Below are positions 1-6,448 of a DNA stretch of 11,764 bases, one piece after another. The position numbers were made by a program, and so were the translations under genes. The DNA lies in NCBI GenBank assembly GCA_043750125.1, contig JAYVCD010000217.1, positions 1-11,764 on the forward strand. The letters are read 5' to 3'. How positions within the stretch are numbered: position 1 is the first letter of the stretch; the number at the start of each line of letters is the position of its first letter. The notes under the pieces were generated by a model. It was not told the DNA's origin. It worked only from the letters and a program-made list of their open reading frames with translations, and ran no database searches. The stretch comes from Archangiaceae bacterium (lineage in GTDB: Bacteria > Myxococcota > Myxococcia > Myxococcales > Myxococcaceae).

Positions 1-2
1 TG

Positions 3-1721
3 GTCGCATCTGAAGTGAATGACACGTCGGTCACGCTGGCCTGGAAGGACAGCGCCAATGGTGAAGTTCGCTATTCGGTCGAGCGCAGCGAAGTCTCGGA
101 CAGCCTGTCCTTCAACCAGGTGGGCTCGGTGACGGCCGGGGCGACCGGCTTTCGCGATCAAAGCGTTCTGGCGCTGACGGCCTACTGGTACCGGGTCGCG
201 GCGGTGTACCTCGATGGGGCGCGCGTCAACTCGGCCACTGTCAGCGTGACCACCCCCGAGCCGGTGTTGTTGCCCGCCGCGCCCTCGACGTTCGCGGCCC
301 GCGCCTTCAGCCAGAGCGAGATCGAATTGACCTGGGTCGACAACTCGAACAACGAGACCGGCTTCGAGCTCGAGCGCAGCAGCAGCCAGACGGGGGCGTA
401 CGCCAAAGTCACCACCGCGCCGGCCGATGCGATCAAGCACACCGACACTTTGCTGACGAAGGAAACCACCTACTGGTACCGGCTGAGGGCGGCGAACTCG
501 GCCGGGGGTTCGGCCTACACCCTGCCGGTGAGCGCAACGACCTACATCGTGAACGACGGGATGGCGCCGTCGGTGCCTTCGAGCGTCGTCGCGACGGCGG
601 TTTCGCCTTCGTCGGTTTCCATCGTCTGGGCCGCGTCGACCGACGGCGAATCGGGAGTCGCCTCGTACCGGGTGCTCCAGAACACGATCGAAGTCGCCTC
701 GCTGCCGGCGACCCAATTGACGCACACCGCGACGCTGCTGGGCTCGGGCGCGAGCTACTGCTTTCAGATTGCAGCGGTGGACGCGGTGGGCAACCGGTCG
801 GCGGCCTCGACTCCACCGGCGTGTGCGACGACTCCGATGACCGCGACCGGGCCCAACGCTCCGGCCGGGCTCACCGCGATGACGGTCTCGTATCGCCAGC
901 TGAACCTGCGGTGGGTCGACGCGGCCAACGACGAAAAGGGCTTCGACATCGAACGGTCGCTCACCTCGGCGACTGGCTTCAGCCGAATCGCGATCGTCCC
1001 CCCGGTCACTGACGGGGGCGGCTTCTACCCTGACGATGCGGGCCTCGCGGGCTCGACGGTCTATTACTACCGGGTGCGCGCCTTCAACGACGCGGGCGTC
1101 TCGGCTCCTTCGATGGAAGCCAGCGCGGCGACATTTCCCACTCCCCCCGCAGCTCCTTCGACCTTCGCCGCGGCGACGCTCGGCGCGAACACCATTCGGC
1201 TGACGTGGGTCGACAACTCGGTCGATGAAGATGGCTTCAGCGTGGATCAATCACTGCTGCCCGATGCGGGCTTCGTGGTGGTCACCCAGACCGGAGCGAA
1301 CACCACCAGCTTCGCCCCGCTGACCCTGAGCCCCTCGACCACGTACTACTTCCGCTTGCGCTCGTTCAATCTGGGGGGCAGCTCGGTGACCCTGGGGCCG
1401 GTGACCGCGACCACCCTGGCCGCGCCGAACCCGCCCACGTTTGGCGATGCGGGAACCATTGCGCAGACCTCGATGACGCTCAGCTGGATGGACAATTCGG
1501 CCGACGAGCTCGGGTTTCGAATCGAGCGCGCCCTGGCGGTCAACGGGCCCTACGCCCAGGTGCTCAAGCCCGACGGAGGAATGCCCGCCGTGCCGGCCAA
1601 CGCCGAGTCCTACGATGCGGTGGGCCTCACCGCCGCCACCCAGTATTACTTCCGGGTGCGGGCGGTCGGCCCCAACGGCTTCTCGAACCCCACCCAGATT
1701 ACGGCGAAGACTTTGCCCTGA
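3..1721 (+). CDS. Fibronectin type III repeat protein (at least 6 FN3 domains), 5'-truncated, probably extracellular
   Basis: The frame is open back to the window edge (V-A-S-E precede the GTG at 15). There are six ~95-aa units with P-x-A-P...L-x-W-x-D-N-S-x-x-E-x-G-F-x-I-E-R...Y-[WY]-[YF]-R-[VL]-R-A. Stop TGA at 1719-1721. Confidence 0.9.
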   Translation, partial: VASEVNDTSVTLAWKDSANGEVRYSVERSEVSDSLSFNQVGSVTAGATGFRDQSVLALTAYWYRVAAVYLDGARVNSATVSVTTPEPVLLPAAPSTFAARAFSQSEIELTWVDNSNNETGFELERSSSQTGAYAKVTTAPADAIKHTDTLLTKETTYWYRLRAANSAGGSAYTLPVSATTYIVNDGMAPSVPSSVVATAVSPSSVSIVWAASTDGESGVASYRVLQNTIEVASLPATQLTHTATLLGSGASYCFQIAAVDAVGNRSAASTPPACATTPMTATGPNAPAGLTAMTVSYRQLNLRWVDAANDEKGFDIERSLTSATGFSRIAIVPPVTDGGGFYPDDAGLAGSTVYYYRVRAFNDAGVSAPSMEASAATFPTPPAAPSTFAAATLGANTIRLTWVDNSVDEDGFSVDQSLLPDAGFVVVTQTGANTTSFAPLTLSPSTTYYFRLRSFNLGGSSVTLGPVTATTLAAPNPPTFGDAGTIAQTSMTLSWMDNSADELGFRIERALAVNGPYAQVLKPDGGMPAVPANAESYDAVGLTAATQYYFRVRAVGPNGFSNPTQITAKTLP

Positions 1722-1724
1722 CGG

Positions 1725-2168
1725 TCAGCGCGCCCCTTTGCGGCGCAGGCCGAACAGCATCGACGCGAAGCGCGAGGGCAGGTGGGCGATTCGCAGCGTC
1801 GCGTGAGGGTGGGCGGGAGCCCAGACGAGAAAAATCTCGTCGAGGAACTCTTCGCCGATGTCGACCACCCCGGTGAAGTCGAGCGTCACTTCGCCGGAAT
1901 GGGCTTCGTCCAACAGCAGCCGCGCCGACAGCCGGAACAGCGAACCGGCCGACGCCACGTCCAGCCGGGTGCGCAGCGGGACCACGCGCGCGTAGCGGCG
2001 GGCCCGCGCATTGCCCTGAATCGACAACTGCCCCGAGCGCACCCACCGCTTCAGTTGCTTGTGCGCCGCCTGCCGGGAACAACCGGCGGCCCGGGCCAGG
2101 TCGGTGCTCGAGAACGGCTGCGGCGAAGAGAGCAGCTGGCCAATCACCTGGTTGACGATTCCGCGCAT
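1725..2168 (-). CDS. Winged-HTH + STAS-like (DUF4325-like) protein, putative transcriptional regulator
   Basis: The N-terminal SSTDLARAAGCSRQAAHKQLKRWVRSGQLSIQGNARARRY fits an HTH plus wing. The C-terminal EVTLDFTGVVDIGEEFLDEIF matches the DUF4325/STAS-like pattern as I recall it. Confidence 0.75.
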   Translation of the reverse strand: MRGIVNQVIGQLLSSPQPFSSTDLARAAGCSRQAAHKQLKRWVRSGQLSIQGNARARRYARVVPLRTRLDVASAGSLFRLSARLLLDEAHSGEVTLDFTGVVDIGEEFLDEIFLVWAPAHPHATLRIAHLPSRFASMLFGLRRKGAR

Positions 2169-2230
2169 CGCCGCATGCTAGGGGCGCTGGAAGGCGACGC
2201 AAAAAATCGTCAACCTTCGAATCGTCAACC
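2150..2230. repeat. Three copies of the 11-bp motif AATCGTCAACC (direct at 2205-2215 and 2220-2230, inverted at 2150-2160), putative operator
   Basis: Exact matches read directly from the sequence. The copies at 2219-2230 and 2150-2161 match over 12 bp (GAATCGTCAACC). Confidence 0.7.
2175..2202 (-). promoter_or_regulatory. Putative sigma70-type promoter for a leaderless wHTH-STAS mRNA
   Basis: The minus strand reads TTGCGT (2202-2197), 16 nt, TAGCAT (2180-2175), 6 nt, then ATG (2168). There is no SD motif before the ATG. Confidence 0.5.
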
Positions 2231-2244
2231 CGCGTTTCTAAAAA

Positions 2245-3513
2245 CTAGCGGCGACCGCGGGGACGAAAGCTGCTGCGGGTGCTGAACGACTGGCCGGCGC
2301 GTTGTCCCCCCCCGCCGCCGCCGGTCTGCCGGGGAGTGGTCGAGGTGTGGATTTTATCGGCGACCGCGAACTTGGCGATCATGCTCATCAGCACCGGGTC
2401 GGTTTCATCGACGCGTTCCATCGGCAAGCGCTGACGAATCAGTCGCTCGATCGGGATCCACAGGGACCTTTCGTCGCCACCGACGAAGGTGATCGCGGTG
2501 CCCGTCGTCTCGGCCCGGGCGGTGCGTCCGATGCGGTGGACGTAGTCTTCGGGGTTGCGCGGGACGTCGGCGTTGACCACCAGCGCGATGTCCGTCACGT
2601 CGATTCCTCGCGCCGCCAGGTCGGTGGCGACCAGCACCCGACCGACTCCCGAACGGAAGGCGTCGAGCGCCGTCTTGCGCTGGCCCTGGCTGCGGTCCGA
2701 GTGCAGCTGCCCGACGTTCTCGCCCAGTCGTCCGAGCTTCTTGGCGAACTTGTCGGCGCGGCCGCGGGTGCGGACGAAGATCAGCACCTTGCCCGGCTCT
2801 TCGCTGACCATCTTGGCCAACAGCGGCAGCTTCAGATCGTCCTTCATTCCGATCACGCGCTGGTGGACCTTGGCGGCGGTCGTTCCCGAAGGCGCGACGC
2901 CCACGCTCACCGGGGCGTGCATGTGGCGCTGCGCGAAGCGGGTCACCTCGTTGCTCAGCGTCGCCGAGAACAACATCGACTGGCGCTGCCGCGGCAGCAC
3001 CGCGAGGACCTTCTCGAGCTGCGGCGCGAAACCCATGTCGAGCATCCGATCGGCCTCGTCGAGCACCAGGGTGTGGACGCCCTGCAGCTTCACCGTTCGC
3101 TGCTGCAGGTGGTCCACCAGGCGGCCCGGAGTCGCGATGATCACCGGCAAACCCCGCCGAATCGCCGAAATCTGGGGCCCGAGCGGAACGCCCCCAATCA
3201 GCACCACGCTCAGCGGGTCTTTCGAGCCCGCCAGCCGCTGCAGCTCGGAATGAATCTGCAGCGCAAGCTCACGGGTGGGCGCCAGCACCAGCGCCGAGTG
3301 CGCTTCGCGCAGGTTCAAGCGTTCGAGCATCGGCAGCACGAAGGCTGCCGTCTTCCCCGTGCCCGTCTGAGCGCAGCCGATGACATCCGTGCCCGCGAGC
3401 GCGATCGGAATCGCTTTGGCCTGAATCGGGGTGGGCATCTCGAAGCCCAACGCTTCGAGGGTGTGCAGGCGCGCGGGCGAGAGGCCCAACTGCGCAAAAG
3501 TAGTCATCGACAA
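2245..3513 (-). CDS. ATP-dependent DEAD-box RNA helicase (RhlE-like)
   Basis: Motifs present: Q motif (GFEMPTPIQ), AQTGTGKT, PTRELA, GG, TPGRL, DEAD, SAT, ARGID, HRIGRTAR, plus a short G/R-rich tail. The TTG start at 3513 has AGGAG 7 nt upstream. An alternative ATG lies at 3507. Confidence 0.95.
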   Translation of the reverse strand: MSMTTFAQLGLSPARLHTLEALGFEMPTPIQAKAIPIALAGTDVIGCAQTGTGKTAAFVLPMLERLNLREAHSALVLAPTRELALQIHSELQRLAGSKDPLSVVLIGGVPLGPQISAIRRGLPVIIATPGRLVDHLQQRTVKLQGVHTLVLDEADRMLDMGFAPQLEKVLAVLPRQRQSMLFSATLSNEVTRFAQRHMHAPVSVGVAPSGTTAAKVHQRVIGMKDDLKLPLLAKMVSEEPGKVLIFVRTRGRADKFAKKLGRLGENVGQLHSDRSQGQRKTALDAFRSGVGRVLVATDLAARGIDVTDIALVVNADVPRNPEDYVHRIGRTARAETTGTAITFVGGDERSLWIPIERLIRQRLPMERVDETDPVLMSMIAKFAVADKIHTSTTPRQTGGGGGGQRAGQSFSTRSSFRPRGRR

Positions 3514-3540
3514 AAGGACGCTCCTGGCAGGAGCCGCCTT
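3514..3540 (-). promoter_or_regulatory. Hairpin sequestering the helicase Shine-Dalgarno sequence
   Basis: The mRNA reads AAGG-CG-GCUCCU-GCC-AGGAGC-GU-CCUU-[UUG]. AGGAG pairs perfectly with CUCCU. Confidence 0.55.
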
Positions 3541-3581
3541 GCGATTCCTGACTGCAACTTCAACAAAATGGGTGTGACGGC

Positions 3582-3767
3582 TTACTGCTCGATGATCGGC
3601 TGCGGCCCCGGGATGATTCCGGCGATGTCCGGATCTTCCGCGTTGGGATCCCGATCGGGACGCGTCGACTTCTCCGTCTTTTTGACTTCACGAACTGCTT
3701 CCTTCGCCTTGCGCCGCTCGAGCCGCAAGAGTTCCTTCTGTCGCTTCGATGCACTCACCTGGGACAT
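3582..3767 (-). CDS. Small (61 aa) basic hypothetical protein with a C-terminal EDPDIAGIIPGPQP motif
   Basis: Strong SD (AAGGAG) 7 nt before the ATG, a K/R/E-rich helical N-terminal half, and co-orientation 68 nt upstream of the helicase. Confidence 0.75.
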   Translation of the reverse strand: MSQVSASKRQKELLRLERRKAKEAVREVKKTEKSTRPDRDPNAEDPDIAGIIPGPQPIIEQ

Positions 3768-3820
3768 TCGATGACTCCTTCGTAAGGTGGGTCAGGTTTG
3801 AATAATAGGGAACGGGCTGG

Positions 3821-3886
3821 GGTGACATCGGACCCACTTCACAGCTCCAGTCACCGTCGGTCTTGCCTTACTTTGTAAAGCCCGAC
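3821..3886 (-). promoter_or_regulatory. Putative structured 5' leader RNA (two abutting hairpins)
   Basis: Hairpin 1 (3886-3856) is GUCGG-GCUUUAC-AAA-GUAAGGC-AAGA-CCGAC. Hairpin 2 (3855-3821) is GGUGAC-U-GGA-GCU-GUGA-AGU-GGG-UCC-GAU-GUCACC. The G-U pairs form only on the minus strand. Confidence 0.45.
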
Positions 3887-3956
3887 ATTCATTTGCCGGG
3901 TATTCGCTCGATACGCAATTTTCGCGCGGAATGCCAGTCGCCGAGCGTTCCGACCC

Positions 3957-3985
3957 AAAAAACTCAAGCTCTCAGAGAGCTTAGG
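3957..3985 (-). terminator. Candidate intrinsic terminator after the lipoprotein gene (alternatively a palindromic protein-binding site)
   Basis: Perfect palindrome AAGCTCTC-A-GAGAGCTT at 3966-3982, followed on the minus strand by GAG-TTTTTT, about 90 nt after the stop at 4073. Confidence 0.5.
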
Positions 3986-4072
3986 CGCGCCTCCCGTTCG
4001 ATCCAAAAATCCGGCCTTAGTCGCCGATTGGACGACAACGCTCGGGGCGGCGCACGAATTTCTGAAGCCTGC

Positions 4073-5482
4073 TCAGGGGGTGCAGCTGCCCCAGGAAGGG
4101 TTGCACCAGGTGGCGTCACGGACCACGGTCCGCTGCGAATCGCGGCTCCAGGTGACGCCATCGGTCGAGTAGGTGAGGGTGTATTTGAGGACGCTCCACT
4201 TGATCCCGTACCAGAGGGTGTCGCGGGGCAGTGAGTAGCGGAACCGGTAGTTGTTGTCGGTGCGGCCTTGAAAGGCCATCCACTGGGGGGGAAGCGCGAT
4301 TCCATCGAGGGTCGCCTCAGCCCGGGCCAGCACCTTCTCGGGGTGAAGGTCCACGCCATCGGTGACGCCGGGGACGTAGACCTGGCCTTCGATGAAGCTG
4401 CAGGCCCGCTCGCGAATGTAGCCGTCGAGGGTGATCGGCTCGGGCACGCTTTGATCGGCCACGCAGGCCCGCGAGGTGCTGGACTTCGTATCGCCAAACC
4501 ACTGCAGCTTCGGCGGAGCGGCAATCACCTCGAACGCGTAGTTGTTGCCGTCGTTCGAGTCGTAGCTCGGCCCGCACCACAGGCCGGTGTTGATGAACCA
4601 CATCTGGGCCCCGGTCGCGTTGGAAGGGACGGTGAGCTCGAACGGCTGCGAGCGCAGGGTGCTGAAGTTCGGAACCCCGCCGGGGGAATCGAAGGTGCGC
4701 ACGCTCTGCTCGAACTGCTGCCCACCCGGAGAGAACCGCACGACCGCGGTGATGTCGAAGGCCGGGTAGCCGTTGTGGGTGCCGCGGCATTGGCTCAGGC
4801 GGGTGAGGTCGTAGTTGATCACCGCTTTCCCGTTGGGGACGAGGGCTCCGTGCTGAATCGTCTGCCAGCCTGCATTGACGAATTCGATCGTCGAGCGGTT
4901 CAGCCCGACCGGGCCACAGACCGCCGCGTCCTCAGCGGTGGACCAGCTGTTGTTGACCGTCAGCGCGTAGACATCGAAGTCCCCCGGCAGCCGGTTGTGA
5001 TCGAACAGCCGCGTTCCGTCGGGCTGCAGCAGGTAGACCGACAGCTCGAGCCGCGCGCGCTGCATCGAGGTGGGGCTCATCCCCTCGTTGAGGGTGTGGG
5101 TGTCGAGGCGAAAGGCGTACCGCTGGTAGCCCATCGTGGCGCCGGTGACCGCCGTCGCCAGCTTCTTCGACCAGACGGTGGCGTCGGTCGAACGGTAGAG
5201 CACATAGGCCTGGGCGCCCGTGGACGCAGCCGCGGACACGTCAATCACCCCGTCCCAGCTGTAGTAGCAGGGGCCGCCGGCCGTGCAGCGGGTGGCAAAT
5301 CCCCCGTCGCCCGGCGTGCGCGCGACGCTGCGCATCACCACCTGGCAGCCGTGGTCCGCCCGGTCTCCCGCCAGCTTCGCCTCGTCCGTCTGCACAGTGT
5401 CCTCACCCTGGGTGATTCCAACGGCGCCGACTCCACAACCCGCAACGAAGAACAGCGTCAGGACGAGGGCTCGGTGGCTCAT
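4073..5482 (-). CDS. Predicted lipoprotein with a DUF6209-like central domain
   Basis: The ATG at 5482 gives MSHRALVLTLFFVAG-C, a signal peptide with lipobox. The central region YDLTRLSQCRGTHNGYPAFDI...MWFINTG..C...YDSNDGNNYAF resembles DUF6209 as I recall it. Many Cys and aromatic residues. The ORF track start at 5524 is probably too long. Confidence 0.75.
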   Translation of the reverse strand: MSHRALVLTLFFVAGCGVGAVGITQGEDTVQTDEAKLAGDRADHGCQVVMRSVARTPGDGGFATRCTAGGPCYYSWDGVIDVSAAASTGAQAYVLYRSTDATVWSKKLATAVTGATMGYQRYAFRLDTHTLNEGMSPTSMQRARLELSVYLLQPDGTRLFDHNRLPGDFDVYALTVNNSWSTAEDAAVCGPVGLNRSTIEFVNAGWQTIQHGALVPNGKAVINYDLTRLSQCRGTHNGYPAFDITAVVRFSPGGQQFEQSVRTFDSPGGVPNFSTLRSQPFELTVPSNATGAQMWFINTGLWCGPSYDSNDGNNYAFEVIAAPPKLQWFGDTKSSTSRACVADQSVPEPITLDGYIRERACSFIEGQVYVPGVTDGVDLHPEKVLARAEATLDGIALPPQWMAFQGRTDNNYRFRYSLPRDTLWYGIKWSVLKYTLTYSTDGVTWSRDSQRTVVRDATWCNPSWGSCTP

Positions 5483-5610
5483 GGCGCGGCGGTATATCGA
5501 CAAATCGAACCCCGTGTCACCCAAGGTGCGCAGATGTCGTTATGTGCCTGTTTTCAATGGTTTATGGTGGAGTCTGCTTGTGAGTTGAAATGCGGTAGGC
5601 ACAACAAGCC

Positions 5611-6435
5611 GTGACCGGACTCACTCGACTTCCCCGACGACCTTTGGGCTGGGTTCCTCCCGGGCCGCTGCCATTGGGCGAAGTCAGCGGGGTGCGTCCG
5701 GAGGACGATGAAGACGTCTGCTTCCTCAGCGGTGATTTCCGGCTGTTCCAGAAGGTGCGCGGTCACCGCTGGAGCCTGGACGACTTGATCACCGCCCACT
5801 TCGCAGCGGGCCAGGCGAAGTCCGCTGCGCGATGCCTCGACCTCGGGTGCGGCATTGGCTCGGTGCTGCTGATGACGGCCTGGCAATTTCCAGCGGCCCA
5901 ATGTCTGGGCATCGAGGCGCAGGCGGTGAGCGCGGCATTGGCGCGAAAGTCGATTGCCTGGAATGGAGTCGCCCATCGCGTCCAGCTGCTCGAGGAGGAT
6001 TTTCGGCAAGCGCCCCTGGAGCGTCAGTTTGCGCTCGTCACCGGCACTCCCCCCTATTTCCCAATCGGCAGCGGGACCCTTTCGGACAAGGTGCAGGCGG
6101 CCCCGTGCCGGTTCGAAACCCGCGGCGGCATCGAGGCGTACTGCGAGGCCGCCGCGCGCGCGTTGACCGACGAGGGAACGTTCGTCTTCTGTCTCAACGC
6201 CCAACAGCTTCCGAGGGTCACGGCTGCGTTGAAGGACAACGGGCTGTGGCTGCGCGCCTGGCAAGACGTAATTCCGCGCGCGGGAAAAGCCGCGCTGGTG
6301 AGCGTCTTTTCCGCTCAACGCGCGTCCTGTTCTGCCCAGCAGCGGCCCGACCTGGTGGTGCGCGAGCAGACCGGGCAATGGTCCGAGGCTTTTCTCGCAG
6401 TTCGCCAGACGATGGGTATGCCGCCCCGGCCCTGA
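5611..6435 (+). CDS. Class I SAM-dependent methyltransferase, tRNA1(Val) A37 N6-methyltransferase (TrmN6/YfiC)-like
   Basis: Motifs present: FQKVRGHRWSLDD, motif I LDLGCGIG, acidic GIEAQ, motif IV GTPPYF, and CRFE (like the ARHE of YfiC). The start codon is uncertain. Confidence 0.8.
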   Translation: MTGLTRLPRRPLGWVPPGPLPLGEVSGVRPEDDEDVCFLSGDFRLFQKVRGHRWSLDDLITAHFAAGQAKSAARCLDLGCGIGSVLLMTAWQFPAAQCLGIEAQAVSAALARKSIAWNGVAHRVQLLEEDFRQAPLERQFALVTGTPPYFPIGSGTLSDKVQAAPCRFETRGGIEAYCEAAARALTDEGTFVFCLNAQQLPRVTAALKDNGLWLRAWQDVIPRAGKAALVSVFSAQRASCSAQQRPDLVVREQTGQWSEAFLAVRQTMGMPPRP

Positions 6436-6448
6436 AGCTCGCGCCCGT

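Noticed and set aside
2150..2230. 11-bp repeats as a CRISPR array, iterons or transposon ends
   Set aside because: They are too short and too few, have no spacers, and no cas, rep or transposase gene is in the window.
1699..3774. Overlapping ORFs 1699..2202(-), 1782..2285(+), 2302..3774(+), 2555..3253(+) and 3560..3754(-)
   Set aside because: These are shadow or alternate frames of genes with clear motifs. Long stop-free frames are expected at high GC, and they show no recognisable domains.
3821..3886. Known riboswitch (e.g. c-di-GMP-I) in the two-hairpin leader
   Set aside because: I could not find the conserved core nucleotides or an enclosing P1 stem. It is kept only as an unclassified structure.
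3912..3937. Sigma54 promoter (TGGCA...TTGC on the minus strand)
   Set aside because: The GG-to-GC spacing is much longer than the strict -24/-12 requirement.
3863..5614. ORFs 3863..4234(+), 3964..4524(-) and 4268..5614(+)
   Set aside because: They are antisense or out-of-frame to the lipoprotein gene, with low-complexity R/G/P/A translations.
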